DNA of 64,000 nt from Chrysomallon squamiferum (GCA_012295275.1 CM022674.1:16182001-16246000), one strand, 5' to 3'. Shown: positions 47,566 to 64,000, counted from the stretch's first letter. The notes: generated from the sequence alone by a model not told the origin. Program-made: numbers and translations.

Positions 47566-48628
47566 AATAATAGTAATAGTAATAACAACAACAATCATAA
47601 TCCCAGGAAAAAACCCTGATAGCATCAACGAAACGATTGGAAAGACACTAAATGGATGGAAAGAAATAAACCAAGAGTAAGACAGAAAATAAATTCAAAT
47701 AAGGTTAGAAACAGAGATACATTATACAAAAAGAGAGACAGAAATGACGAGAATATTAGTGAATTCCATGATGCTGTTTATAGATTTCAATTTTAGTTCT
47801 GAAGAATAAAGTTGAAGACTTTCACTAAAATAAAATTTAAAAAACCCCCAGAAATATGAGCAAAATATTGAAAGAAAGAAAACACACACATGCATATGCA
47901 TACAAAAAACGCACATACACTCATACACGCACACACACGCGCATACAGACAATATTCACATTTCAACAGTACTATTATGATTAATCCACATCTTTAATCT
48001 AACAAGTTCTTAGATCAAATTTCGGCATCAACTTTTATTCAGAATTAATTATAACATACTTACACTGTTTTGTTAAAATATCTAAATAAAATATAACAGA
48101 CTGAATAAATCATTAAAATGTAGTCATATCCTTAGTCTAGAAAGCGTTTTTTTCTTCAACATGAAATCACAATAAATGCGATAATATTGGTAAAGAACAG
48201 AATTATAATTCTGAGATAATTTATTATTAACAAAGGTTAGTGATTTCATTTTTTAAATTAAATAATCATTTGGATCCACACAAAATGTGCTTAAACTATA
48301 ATTTTACAACAGTATAATACCAGCTTAAAATATTTATTGTTAGTAAAGTGTGGTTTCTGTTAACAAATTCAAACAATATCTTGAAATTACATTAAGTATA
48401 TTTACGTACTTTGTTCTCATCATCAAAAAATAAATTTGAAAACCTAATATCCAGTTCCTGCTTCTAAGAACAATACCTTGTAATATTGTTTTTCACTAAT
48501 CAGGTTTTTACTTTCTTACTGCTCCACGTTTTAACTGAGAAAACATCAATGGTGGCCGAAGCGGGTGACAGAGGTGACTCATAAACATAGTTTTTCTTCT
48601 GTAAACAACAACAACAACAACAAGAATA

Positions 48629-48685
<57 letters not shown>

Positions 48686-49885
48686 GTAATAACAATAATA
48701 GTAATATCTATAATAACAACATCAATAACAATAATAATAACAATAATAATCCTAGAATCCCTATATCAGATTTAATTTAAACGTTGGGTTTTTCTGGTAT
48801 GTTGAAATCTCTCTATAATAAATCACCATAAATTTAAAGAAATTCCAATACTATTCAACGTAAAAGTATTTCTTATTGTTGGATGATATAAAGCAAAAAA
48901 AAAAAAGTGAAACAATGTAACAAAAAAATAAAATTTGCCAGAATTTCATGGACAAATATAATTATTAAAATTATAAGAGAAAAAATGTTGCTGTTTTATA
49001 CTTTCAGTTGACATTAGCTTAGCTTACCCATTCCTTCATCTGCCAGAGTTTGAAATTATAGAGATGGTTGAGAGCAGGGCCTCCAAGAGACATTTTGCAA
49101 GGCTATACGAGACCCCTTTTGGGCCCTGAGACAGGTAAAGATTTTTCTCAGAATTCAGAATCAGAAATAACAGAATGAAACAAGCAGACGCATGGTAGTC
49201 GTGGGTCCCTTCTTAGCTCTTGGGCCCAGATCAAAGTACCGTCTGGACCCCACCCTCATAGGCCCTGGCTGGCAACAACATGATTGTGAGCAAACAGAAG
49301 TACCAGGATTTCAGATGCTGTATACACAAAATAGGATATCTATCTCAAATACGTGCAGTACTGCTCTTTTTGTAAAAAGTAATCTTGCAATATATGTAAA
49401 AGTTATAATGTCTGAATTAACTTCTAATTATGCCAGCTAAATATTAAATTATTTGGTTAACCTGTTGGTTTTAATACCACGTTTCTGACGATCACTGTGT
49501 AATTCATAACACAAACAATGGAAGTATTGAACAATTTGATGATACATACAAATTAGAACTACATAATATTTCTCTTAAAAGAAAAAGTATGGACACCAAG
49601 AAAAAGAAGATAATTGTGGCAATACACTTTGCAATTTGTGTAAATATACTAGTTTACATATTCTAAACAGCCATGTTGGTGAATATAGACATTTAGGTAA
49701 ATTTAACAGTAAAAACTCTAGTTTTGTGGATTACTGTATTCTCACCAGTAGTTTATTATGTTGGTTGATGACTTTTCCATACTAAATTTTTTAAAAGTTT
49801 TTTGATATTCTTTGACACTTACTTACTAAACTAAAATCTAAACAGAACGTAAACCTTGTTAATGAAAAATATATTGATTTACAAA

Positions 49886-50072
<187 letters not shown>

Positions 50073-51781
50073 TTACTGATCTCAGTACTGAATTGCCTCT
50101 GTTACTGTGATCCCTCAGTAGTATCTGAACCAAAAGTACTCGGGTTTGAGCGAAGTCTCAGGAGTTTCCAGAGGAAAATAACAGAGAGGCTGGTTGGATA
50201 TGAGAATTACTATGCTGACCACCACCTATCCTTGATGATATCTGATACTGCATCAGCTGTTACATTCAAGTGAGAGGGCACTTACTGCTCTGTGTTAGTG
50301 ACAGGATCAGATCTAAATGGAATGCGATACGTGATCACTAAATCAAGATGCTCACTTAATAAAAGTTTGCAAATCTGATTCTCATTAATGTGGAAATCTT
50401 TAGGGGAATTTAGTACCTGAGTTTCGGCTATGACAATGGGAAAATCTATGTTGTCTGGAAAATCACCAGACTGGATATTTCAAGATATTACAGTAAATAT
50501 TGTAAATGTTGTTTACTTGATACAACAGGCTCTAATCATTTAAAGCTCTGCAACCACTGATATAATATTGCCTGGGACAGTATCTTTAAAAATGGCCGAA
50601 CCAACGTCATCTGCAAGAAGTAACTATTTTGTTTCTGCTCTGAGTGAAATCTGTAGAGGAAGGCCTTCAATAAGTTTGAAAATGTTGGTGGTTTTAGATT
50701 GGTGAGGAGCTCTAATTTCTGAAGGGCAAAGATTGTCAAATCTCCTTAGTAAATGCAGAACAACTTCACTTTGCTCTTGCTAAGTTCACACGATTATTAT
50801 TCTACCTCTATAACAACTATATGTTCCCACTTGTTTCTTTTTTTTATTTAACTCACAATATAACTATGTGATAGTAATAATAGTGGCATAGAGATATAAC
50901 ATAGACTTGCATTGATCGTAAGGCCCAGATATGAAGCTGGCATATAGGTTTTCGTGCTGACGGTGTAAATACTTCCTGGTACATCAACTTTAATATTTTA
51001 ATTATAACTGTAATGAAAATTCGGCCATATTCTGTTTTGCACTGAAACTGTTATGAAAAGTATACCATGTTTGAAGTAAAAGTGTTTTGTAAGTTCAAAT
51101 GACACAATAGTACTAGCCTAATGAAAACTGAATTATTAATTACAGAAATAAAATATAAATAACGAAATAAAATTCTAACTGACAGTAATGTTTTATTAGT
51201 CAAAATATTGACAACAATGCAGACAAAAAAAGAAAGAAAGAAAATGTTTAAATTGTTTATTTCTTTCAGGATTTATTTCATATAAATCAACGAACTACAT
51301 TTTTGAAACACTTGCTATGTGTAAAATTGTAACACTTGTTAAATATAAATTTACGTAAACAGATGTTCCTGAATTATTTTATTTTAATTTGTCTTCTGGA
51401 TAAAGATAAATTTATGATAATATAAAAAAAAGGAGAACTATTACTGATATTTGAAACGTTTGCCTGATACAGGTAGATTATAAGAATCGATCCCGGCTTT
51501 TTTTCACCTTCACATTCGTGCTTGTTTCTGCTGGTACTGTATACAAGAGTTTGTAAAAAATTCCTAGCTGCTGAACTAAAAGTGTATTTTGTGAAGGAAA
51601 AATTATTGAAATTTCTGCCAGTGTTGATTCTGATTTTAAAAAGTTTGCTATTCTGTCTGTAATAAAATGAAAATATGTTCTTGCTTCATTTATTAATGAT
51701 TTTATTTGTTTATTTATTTGTCTGTTTGTTTGTTTATTTGTTTGTTTGTTGGATTATTCATTGATTTTTTAATTTAATTTT

Positions 51782-51818
<37 letters not shown>

Positions 51819-51820
51819 AA

Positions 51821-51855
<35 letters not shown>

Positions 51856-53120
51856 ATGCTTTGAAAAATACATACAAGAGTCTGATTATAAAAAAAAAGT
51901 ATTAATAATAATAAAACACGTTTTCATTAACGCAAGAGGAAACAAAGAACTAATCAAACAGTAATGATTATACTACTACTGAACATAATACATAAACAAA
52001 CGCACCCTCACACACACACACATATATATCCGGCTGATTGTAAACACAATATCTAGTTTATATAAAAACACATGAATATTTTAAGTAACGAGATTTCTTT
52101 GAAGACAAATCAAAGCTGGGAAAGTCGGTTCAACTGATCCCACGCGATTCAGTTCAGTGGATGATCATATATAGATTGATCAGTGTAACCTTAGTCGATT
52201 TGAAAAAATAACAAAACAGGAGAAGAAAGATAAATTATTTATTTATATAGAGTTAGATAAGTTCTATTTCATTGTTTGTAATAATTTATTGTTAACAATT
52301 TGTTTTTGTTTAATCCCTTACGATATTTTAATGGTGATTAAAGACAGTAAGTTTCTAAGTATGGATTTACAAATTAATACCTACTTACATACGCCTTCAC
52401 ATACATACACACAGAGAAGCACACACACACACACCCAGAAACACATATATATTAATACTTACATACATATATAGCTATATGTACGTATGTATACACACAC
52501 ACACATATATACACAGACATAAAGTATATATATATATATATATATACATACATACATACATATATATATAACAAATAATAATGATAATAAAATAAAATAA
52601 ATAATTAAGACAAAAAAAATATAAAAAAAATATATTTTCAGCCGGAACTCTCACGTCATAGAGCAGAAGGTTAAAACATATTTTATGGCATCTATAAACA
52701 GATAGGATGAAGACTGCAGGATGTCAGTTGAAGAATGGGTTGTATCCACGCTTCACTTAGATATCTCGCTTTTGGAACTAATATGTTGTTGGTCTTCACT
52801 CAGTGTTTACACAGTTTTAATAACTAGTTGTTTAAATCATGTAGATGAGCTTTCGTTTGAACAAACGTTTATTATACTAATGTTAATAATTTCTTGTGCA
52901 ATTCCTTTGCCAGAAAATGTCTATGATATTCTGTATATCCTAACTTGCATTTTGACCATGATTACTGTGCTTAGTTTTCTTCTGACTGCGCATTGCCATT
53001 CTACATAAATAAATATAATAATAATAATAATAATAATAACAACAACAACAATAATAATAGTAACAATAATAATGAAAGTAAATACTAAAATAAAATAAAA
53101 TAAAATGAAAACTTAACTTC

Positions 53121-53156
<36 letters not shown>

Positions 53157-53751
53157 AATAATTTCTTTTTATATGGCCTGAGCAACAACTTACCTTTTGT
53201 TTACTCCTAATACGTATTGTTCCATTCACACCATTCCCATCTTGTCAATCATTCATTACTAATACTGAAAGCAGTACTACACACATATCTAACACCTGTG
53301 TTACATGATATAAGCTTTCCCTTTTAAACGCTATTTTTAAAGTTACTCATTTATCCACTACATAAATGTTTTGCATACATTATGATCCCAATCTGCGGCC
53401 TGGACGGCGATACCAGACCAACTTTTGTTATGAGTCTGTGGATATGATGTGGTAGATCCATGGATATATTAGTGGATAGATAGACAGAGGGATTATTGAA
53501 ATCCTGGAAAAGAAAAGAAAAAGAAAATGAATTTTTGTTTCGATTCATCACACACAATACACATACACAAACGTGATGTAGAAGAAGAAGAAAAATACAC
53601 AAAAATACAGTAAGATTAAGAATAAACACAATAACGAAAGAACCACCCCGCAGAATACCAAATAACCCACAAACATGATTAACCCACAAAAATTAAACAA
53701 TCATTTCGCCCTAAACTAACACCTGAAGCAAAACAGAAAAAACAAGAAATC

Positions 53752-53842
<91 letters not shown>

Positions 53843-54315
53843 AACAAAGCAAAAGGAAGAAAAGAGAAAATGAAAGATATTCTGCTTGTTCAGCAAGCGT
53901 AAATATTAATTTTTCAAAGATAAACAAACCATATTACAAACGGTCTTTTCTCTGATGTCTAATTTACGAATAAGTATAAAGGTATTTACCTTTTTGTTTG
54001 GCTTCTATTTCTTTCAGCTAAACTGAGAAAATCGATGATAATTATTAAAACAAATCTGTGTACGGTTAGTGTATTATTAATTTAATCACCCAAGTGAGAT
54101 ATGTAGATGGACACATGATGAAATATTTCTGCTCCGGACTGAAAACAGAAGCTTGTTTCAAACCTTCAGTATAATTTGAAGAGATCAGTTTGGTATAGTG
54201 CTAGTTACAGTGTCTTGGAAACATTAATAGAAGTAATTAAAATCTCTTTATATATGTAGATTAATTTAATTCCGAACTGACATATCTAAATTTCAGTATT
54301 GATACCGTTTATAAA

Positions 54316-54651
54316 ATGAAGATAATGAAAAAGATCCTCGAGATAATATTCTGTGTTTTAGCAATTCTGATAATCGTTGTTTCTTTAGCCAATTCCGAGC
54401 TTGGTACTCGTAAGACTTTTCGAAAGTTACCACAGTACAAAGATAAGAAACCTGCAGAAGATCCTTCAAAAGAATTGAACGTGTCCAATAAGCTCCACTG
54501 CGACACAGAATGTTCCAGCTACATCAGCTGTAAAGAATTCATCTATAACAACGGCAACGGCATGTGTTTTCTGTACAGTGAAAACTTGACTTGTTTTTCG
54601 TTTGTTAGCGAGGCAGAAACAGAATCACATGGTATGATGTATTCGGTTTAG
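54316..54651 (+). CDS. Secreted PAN/apple-domain protein, or the first coding exon of one
   Basis: Hydrophobic signal peptide, then S..L.C...C.....C..F.Y......C.LY PAN cysteine pattern; possible donor near 54647. Confidence 0.6.
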   Translation: MKIMKKILEIIFCVLAILIIVVSLANSELGTRKTFRKLPQYKDKKPAEDPSKELNVSNKLHCDTECSSYISCKEFIYNNGNGMCFLYSENLTCFSFVSEAETESHGMMYSV

Positions 54652-56164
54652 AAATAATTAATGTTATTGTTAAAGAAAGTGTTTCGTCTAACTGTGTAGA
54701 GATAAATAATGTTAATATTGTCACACAAAGTGTTCCCTATCATTGTGTAGATATTATTTTTATTATTATTTCTACAAAAAGTGTCCCGTCTAGCTGTGTA
54801 GAGATATTTAATTTCATTGCTGTCACAGAAAGTGTTCACTGTGACTGTGTAGAGATAATTATGAATGGATGTAAATCATATTTACATATCGATACAAAAG
54901 AATATATTTATAGATGAAAATAAAAGGCTATATTTATATGAATAAAGCAAAGAAAATAACAATATGTGTAGTTAAAATAATAAATAAAAATATATTTAGA
55001 TATATAGAGGAAACTAATAGATTTATAAGCAAAAACAAATAATATATAATTAAAAAAAATATATATAATTACATAGGCAATTTTACATTTCAGTTATTTT
55101 TTATATATATGTACATATGTAGAAAAAACACAGTATAATTGTACAAGTAAATTAAGCAATATATTTAGATAAATAAATATAATTATATTTATATATGTAA
55201 ATACAACACTGAAACGGCTTATTTAACAGAATTCTAAAAGTATGTGAAAAAAAGAATAGACAGTTGCTTACCACACTCGTTCGTAAATACCATGTCATTC
55301 AAAAACATTAGTTCCCCTCCTGACTGAACTCTCGTGTTGCCCTTTTCCTTCTCTCGTTAATTACCCAATGCGAGCCCTTTTAAAACGATACCATGGATTT
55401 GAAAAATTGACGGCAAAAATAAAAAGCGCGGATGTGATTGAAGTAACAGCTGGTTACGGAATTTTAATTGCATAACATAAAAATAAACAGCCGGGTGTCT
55501 TGAAAGATAAATTTGTTAGGCATTCTGAATTCTGTGACAATTAGCATTATCAGTAAGAAAATGTAAAATGATATTTGTAATTACAAATTACACTTGATTT
55601 AAAACAAAATGTATGTAGAATAATTGTGACATCCCAACTATTATCAATTTGACAATGTAAACTAATAATTATAAAACCAAGTTAGGAATAAGCTGAAGAT
55701 TTTCAATGACTGATAAGTCGTTTAAGGAAAATTCAATTATCTCCGCTTCAGTGACAATATTGGTCTCAGTTATGAAAGGGAGAAGCATTTCATCCATGTG
55801 TAACAATAATTATAATAACATTTTAATATGCGAAAGCAAAGTACCGAAATAATAATTTTCATTAATGTGCAGATATGAAATATAATGAATAAGCACAAGT
55901 ATGAATACAATACCGTACATAATGCTGAGGATAATTTATTATGATATAATCTTTACGAGCAAATAAATATACTTAAACACTGTACATAACAACGTTAGCT
56001 AACAAACCAGGTGAAATGTGAAATAATTATTTGATGTGCTTAATATACATATATTTATATTGTCTACTTATAAACCACCCAAAGAACAGTTATTGCAATG
56101 GGTATTAATAGCAGTTATCACTTTTGTTGTCGTTCCTGGCATTATAATGTATTGTTGTTGTCGC

Positions 56165-56198
<34 letters not shown>

Positions 56199-56479
56199 AA
56201 CAAATCTAACGACCAATAAAATTATTGCGATCAACGTCAGGGTAACATATTTTGATGGCTACTAGGCATGCGCAGCGCGCGCTCCTGAGCAGACGATCGA
56301 TCGCTTTTCCTCGCATCCACAAAGCATGGCCGCTTTTGAATGAAACAGCTAATTTTTAATACTGTATTTTAAAATTCCAAAGAAACAGTTTATATTTATA
56401 AAAAAACAGTTTTTCAAAGTGGGAACTAGTGCTTTGCCAATAAAGTTTTGTCTGGATCTTGTTATGAGTCAACTTTGAC

Positions 56480-56872
56480 CAGTCCTAGGACGTCCTCGAC
56501 ATCGTCATCGTCTCACACTACAAGCCGTTCTTCCATGCGTCGACATAGGGTTACTGTCGTTGTTTGTAACGATGTCTTTAAACGCGGTGATACTCTTACC
56601 TGTACCTGCGGTCATTTACCTGGGGCAGGTAGATTGGACAGAGAAGGTGTGTAATTTGTACGTGTCGGCACCGATAACGTTCAGAGTCGCAGAACTTCTT
56701 ATTTTGATGTGTCTTAGTCTTCACTGGCTGGCGCTGCTCAGATGTCCCAAAGTCAAAAAGTGGTACGGGTCCACCAAAGTTCTCAAGTTTGTACTCTTAG
56801 GGATTTGGTTTCTCGCAGTTCTAGCGGGGATCTTACCATCTATAGGAGCCACCGACGACAGACTTGCAAAGG
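56480..56872 (+). pseudogene. Rhodopsin-like GPCR fragment (approximately TM2-TM4), paralog of 24074-24430
   Basis: LFVTMSLNAVILLPVPAVIYL..W.EKVC (ECL1 W/C)...LILMCLSLHWLALL...KFVLLGIWFLAVLAGILPSIG; 56780-56870 aligns with 24074-24165. Confidence 0.7.
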
Positions 56873-58024
56873 GTACGCTAAGAAGGATTGATCCTACAGC
56901 CTCTTATGATACCATATATCAATATATCTGACACCTGTACCCATATGATTTAATTCTACGTGGTCAGTACACCACTATTATATATAACTACACATGACCC
57001 ATTTAACGTCAGCAATATAATTAATTATACATTGCCTTATAATAAAAATCTCACGTAACAATGAACTTCAAAATGTAATGAAAAGATAACAATACACATC
57101 TGTAACACAATCTGATGTAACTTGTTCCTTTAATGTATTTTGCCTGATTGTAATATTGTTTTTGAGAAATATGCTCAGATCTTCAACGCTGTAATATAAA
57201 TATTTGTCAACCCTACCGACCCATATACCACAGTAATATAATATGTTGCATATCGTACTGACTTTTGTACCTTATAATTTATTCACTTATATAGCCTACT
57301 GACCCAAACACACATGTAATATAATTCTTTGTATATACTACTGACGAACACACCTGTGTAATGTAATTCTTTGTGTCATACTGACTCGTGAATCTGTGGG
57401 TGCCCTCCCAAAAGACTGAGGTCCCATAACGCGGACGCATTAAACAATACAAGACAATGTTGAGCGCATTACTAATAACCTGCCGTTTACCTTGAATAAC
57501 ATGGGATGTCTCCGTATTATTGTTCTTATACAGAACGCTATTGTTCTTATATAGAAATCACTAATACGCGCTAAGTCCTAGTACAATAAGCGAGTATGGA
57601 ATAGTCTGATTCAATAAATAACCTGAAAAAAATCGTTCGATCACTTGATCATTTATTTTACTGCATAGTTAAAATTATAGTGATTCATAATATTTGTTCA
57701 TTTTATTACATCTATAAATAATTGGACATTCATAACCTTCACATAGTTAAAATTATAGATATTAATCACATTCACACAGTCAAAATTATAGTTATTCATA
57801 ACATTTATTCATTTTATTATTTAAGGATGACATACTGATTAAACACCTGTATCTGAGGCAGTACAAATCATATATAATTAATTATTTATGAACTAAGATT
57901 GGATAAAAAAAAATGTTGATAATGATGATGATAAATAAATAAATAAAACATATCTTGAAGTATACATAATGTATTTAGGCTATTTAATTGTATGCAAACA
58001 GCGTCATAAATTGTGTACTCTTAC

Positions 58025-59366
<1,342 letters not shown>

Positions 59367-59749
59367 CTGAAAAAAAAAATGTGTTTATGTCTGTCTATAT
59401 ATACGAGTATAGGTTATAGATATAGATGTAGTAAATTGTAATTAGTGGCACAAAAAAGTAATAGTACAATTGCAATACGATTGACACATAACACGTTTAC
59501 ATATTGTTGTGTAGTATTAAGTAATAAAAATAGTAAAAGAGTATACTTAAAACAAGAGAGGAAATCTTCTGAGATGTCTTAATGAACTATTATTTTTCAA
59601 ATTATTTTTAATACATACTTTTTCAAAAAGATAAAAACTTAGGAAATTGGATCCAAGGAGGACTGAATACGTTCTGAATGATGTACTCTGAAAGAAAAGT
59701 AAAACTACATTCTGATATGTCACTGTTATTAAAACTTATACTTGTTTCC

Positions 59750-60130
59750 ATATTCATTTATCGCTTCTGGTTGTTTCACATTAAGTTGTTTCTGCTGTGA
59801 AACTTGTACTGGATGTACTTTCACTTTAACATCAAGTTGTTTATGCTGTGAAAGTTCAGCTGGATCTGCTTTCACTTTGACATCAAGTTGTTTCTGCTGT
59901 GAAACTTGAGGTCGATTTGCTTTCACTTTTACATGTAGTTGTTCTTGCTGTGAAATTTGTGCTCGATCTGCTGTAACTTTCACGCCAAGTTTTTTCTTCT
60001 GTGCATCTTTTACTGGATAAACTCTCCTCATCACATCAAGCTGTTTCTGCTGTTTTTGAGACGGAATAGTTTTCAGTTTGACATCAAGTTGTTTTTGCCT
60101 TGAAACCTGTTTTAGATCTAGTTTTACTTT
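59750..60130 (-). repeat. ~60-bp coding-like tandem repeat (QVSQQKQLDVKVKA... about 20-aa units)
   Basis: ORF 59729-60133 has about 7 imperfect KQLDVK units in frame. Confidence 0.7.
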
Positions 60131-61180
60131 CAAATCAAGTAGTTTCTCTTCTAAATCTTCTATTGTATCTGCTGAGACTTTCCTGTCAAATTGTTCCTGT
60201 TCTGGAAGATCATCTTGGTAATACCACCCACTCGTTTCGAAGCCGTCATTATCATCAACTTTATTAAAGTGAGATATACTTCTGAAATAAAATATAACAG
60301 TGAATCAGTGATTTCTCTTAAATCTTCAACAGTTGTGGTATTTTCATCATTAAATATAACATTCACAGTTTTTCTATTTTTTAAAATACATTTAATACTG
60401 AATTATCAAAACTTTGGTAAGTTTGTGTACTATTTGTAAAATTCTAGCTGTCGAGCATTCTACCTCTTTCTTGTACATGTTTAAATCCCTGAAAATAGCA
60501 TTATAAATATAAAATAGACAATCGATATTTAAAAAATAATAAGTATAAAATAATTTTGCTACTTGCTTAAAAAAGAGAAAAAGGAAATAATAATAATAAT
60601 AATATTAACACTAATTATAATAAACAAACACAGAAACAAACTAAGTTTCTAGCAAATAAATAAATAAATAAGTAAATAAATAAGTAAATAAGTAAGTAAG
60701 TAAGTAAGTAAGTAAGTATATACGTAAGTAAATAAATAAATAAATATTAACCAATAAAAGCTAAGTTATAAATTTATGTAATCTTGCAATTTCGATCATG
60801 GCCATATCAAGAGATATTTTACTGAATATTTAAATATTTTTTACGATTTGTTCTTGTGCTGCTAGTGATATTTGTAAGGACAGAGAACATCTGACGTAGT
60901 TCAGAGATTAAATACAGAAGTACATACGGGTACTTACCATAAGCATAGAATTGTAGTCTTAGTTATTAAACGTTGCAGAAAACTGAATGTGTCACGATTA
61001 TATTGTTTATCGTTACATGGACTTAAAACCTATTCTCCCACATCAACCTAACACGAGGGTATTTATATCTCCTTTAGCAATATACTATAGCGATATACTG
61101 TAGCGATATACTGTAGCGATACTGATAGCTAAGGGGTTTATGGTGTTCCTTTTTTTGTTTGCCCTTTCTTTCTTAAGATT

Positions 61181-61215
<35 letters not shown>

Positions 61216-61322
61216 CATATATATTTATATATAATGAATAATACGTTTAATGATATATTCAGTGTAAACAACTTCTAATTGCCCTTAAATACTGAGCGAT
61301 TTCCTCCGTACCAGTGCGTAAC

Positions 61323-61426
<104 letters not shown>

Positions 61427-62116
61427 TATGCATGTAATAGGGCACATTTTTCTTACCGTGATTTTATCGTCTGGTGAGATTAGTCAGCATAATAAATCAG
61501 AAGAACAGTTCACCTGATCTGTTACAAGTTTCTGCTTTGTTTTGTTCTTGACGACTATTATCTGTTATTGCGACGCATTCTTCCGGAGAGTAAGGTTCCA
61601 AATCATGGAAAACGAGTCCTTTTTTTCCGGTACATCATTCGTTAGATTTATTTATTTATTTATTTGATTGTTTGTTTGTTTGTTTAATTGTTTACAGATG
61701 ATACCATATAGCAAATGAATGTACAGTTCAAAAATACACTTGGCGCGTTAATTATGTCAGAAAATTATAGCTATGGTTGTTGTTGTTGTTGTTGCTTCTG
61801 ATGTTATTGTTGTTGTTGTTAGAATTATGTATGAAATACTGATATAATGACCGTAAAAAAGGATAGTGAAGCAAATGACGTCTTATCAATTGAGCTAAAG
61901 TCGATCAGGTGGGTAGACACACGCCATGCTATATTTGTATTCGTTATGTCTGTGGCTTATCTTTTGGTCCAGATATTAAATAACTAAAACTAGGTCCTAG
62001 CAGGAGCAAAATAATCCTGAACAAAAGAATCTGCTGTTCCGTAATAAAATAATAATGATGATAATTATGATGATGATGATCGTATAAATATGGACAAGGA
62101 GTACTACTACTACTAG

Positions 62117-62171
<55 letters not shown>

Positions 62172-62172
62172 G

Positions 62173-62220
<48 letters not shown>

Positions 62221-62316
62221 TTAATAATAACAATAATAATGGCAATAACAATAATAATCATAATCATAATCAGTACTCAAAAATAATTACGATGATGGTA
62301 ATAAAAGGATGGATAG

Positions 62317-62356
<40 letters not shown>

Positions 62357-62618
62357 CATAACAACAACAACAATGATAAAACCAATAATTAAGAAAGAAA
62401 ATGATGTCTGACATTTCATTAATTTAAAATGTTTATAATGTCGTTTTATATTTGTCTTTTACTCCTTTCTTTCATCCAATCTTGTTATTCGTTCACTGTT
62501 TATATAATTACAGTACCTGACCTGTATAGGACAGTATTGTCAATAAAATCATAAAACAAAGAAGTTTTCTGAAATATTCTTAATACATTAATAGGTTAAT
62601 AATGTGTTCATTTATCAG

Positions 62619-62720
62619 CAATGGGGAACACCTTCAAGCAGGCGGTTTCGATCTCTGAAACTTTGTGGTTCTTTTTGATCAAACTACTGCGTTTAAGGGC
62701 TTCAACATCGTATAAGGGAG
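62619..62720 (+). pseudogene. Isolated degenerate copy of Tdc exon 11, with its downstream intron
   Basis: 'tttatcag|caatggggaacaccttcaagcaggcggtttcgatctctgaaac...cgtataagggag|gtaagt' aligns with 35019-35118 with several indels. Confidence 0.9.
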
Positions 62721-63594
62721 GTAAGTCTCACAGTCATATTTGGTGAAATAGCAAAGTTCTCGTTCTTAATGAGCTGACAATTATTAGTAGAAGAATACTG
62801 ACAAATAATAATAATGATAATACAAATAATAACACCAATAATAGCAAATATTATGTGTATTAAAATATATATATATATATAAATCGGGTAAATTATATTA
62901 AATTTGTCTTTAAATCTATAACCCAATCACATCGAGTTTAAATAAAATAAATCATATCGCTTGACTATTTTTCCTTTTATATATTCCATAACTTTGCTTT
63001 AGTTGTTTTATTTTTTGAATTATACAGCACTATACCAAGTGGGAAATATAGGCTCGATTGGAATAAACGATATAATTAAGCAATTGTGGACGAATACATA
63101 TCATGAATATTTTAACTGTACAAGTAAATGTAGTGTCTATCATGTACTTACAAGTAACACAAAGTAGTTTCAGTTATTTGCATTTATTTATCTGTGTTTT
63201 TATCTGTATTATTATTTACGAAGCATTTTTAAAAAATATTAATACTTTATGTTAAAGACCCACATTGATCATCCTACACTATCAAAAATATTAATAACCA
63301 GAATGTCCGTGTTCGGCTGAAGGGCTAGGATTTCAGTAGGTAAATAAGCCAGTTAACACTCCATAATACTAATACTAATAGTAATACTAATATTATTATT
63401 ATTATTACAGTCACTGTTTTCTATATTTTTGAGACTCGTGTGTAAAAATGGGTACATCCGGTAAGGGTGGAATTAATTTAGTTTGAAATAAAAGATGTAA
63501 AATGTAGATTTCAGATATTTAGTGTTGAAATAAAAGAAGAAAAATATATATTTTAGAAATAAAATTATTTTGAAAACAAAATGGTGGCAAATGC

Positions 63595-64000
63595 TGTATT
63601 CCTAACCTTAACACTAATCCTTAACCTAGCTCAATTTCTAAACTTAATCCATTGGAAATTCGCAACATGAGTTTTTTCCCTTACGCTAACTCCAATCGTG
63701 ACCCCCAAATTATTTTGCACATTATAAGATCACTAATGATAATATTTTAATCATCCAAACTCTAACCCAAACACAAACCCTAACCCTAACCCCAACCATA
63801 AACGTAGCTCAACTTCTAAACCTAATCCTACGCAGGTCCGGAACATGAATTCTTACCCTTTCGCTACTTCAACTTGACTCACACATTATTTTGCACATGA
63901 TGCTAACACTAGTGATGAAATTTAAACAACCCTAGGTCTAGCCCTAACCCTAACCCTAACCCTTATCCAAACCCTAACCCTAACCTTAACCCTATCTCAA
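63595..64000. repeat. ~180-bp tandem satellite containing degenerate (CCCTAA)n tracts
   Basis: Two aligned units (~63600-63775, ~63780-63950) and a third starting; runs of taaccctaaccc. Confidence 0.7.

Noticed and set aside
50536-50760. Coding-looking minus-strand stretch
   Set aside because: No motif recognised in any frame and stops are present.
52721-53008. Hydrophobic 95-aa ORF after an acceptor-like site
   Set aside because: No recognisable family; may be a gene fragment but cannot be called.

Overview
AT-rich, microsatellite-laden, intron-containing animal DNA; the nSTAND3-ankyrin gene and repeat landscape suggest a mollusc (inference). Main result: the 1603-aa ORF (7484-12295) is only the last exon of a spliced NLR-like gene. 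Phase-consistent upstream exons encode a duplicated basic NLS-like exon, a Ser/Thr linker and two tandem 87-nt exons not shown in the ORF track. One of these encodes a clear RHIM-like amyloid motif (VNIHDCQHFQIGAENKL) and the other a diverged copy. The architecture is RHIM-like x2 - STAND NTPase - about 22 near-identical ankyrin repeats with variable positions. Also present: an intronic decayed hAT transposon, a deleted LINE, a Gypsy remnant and a 13-exon tyrosine decarboxylase gene with several 3' frameshifts. A large, patchy segmental duplication links ~13.2-35.8 kb with ~39.9-63.4 kb, and its second copy begins just after a 200-N gap. Fragments of USP and Ulp1 proteases, a rhodopsin-type GPCR, a PARP12/ZAP-like WWE-PARP gene and a secreted PAN domain also occur. 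All calls are by eye and manual translation; no database search was run.
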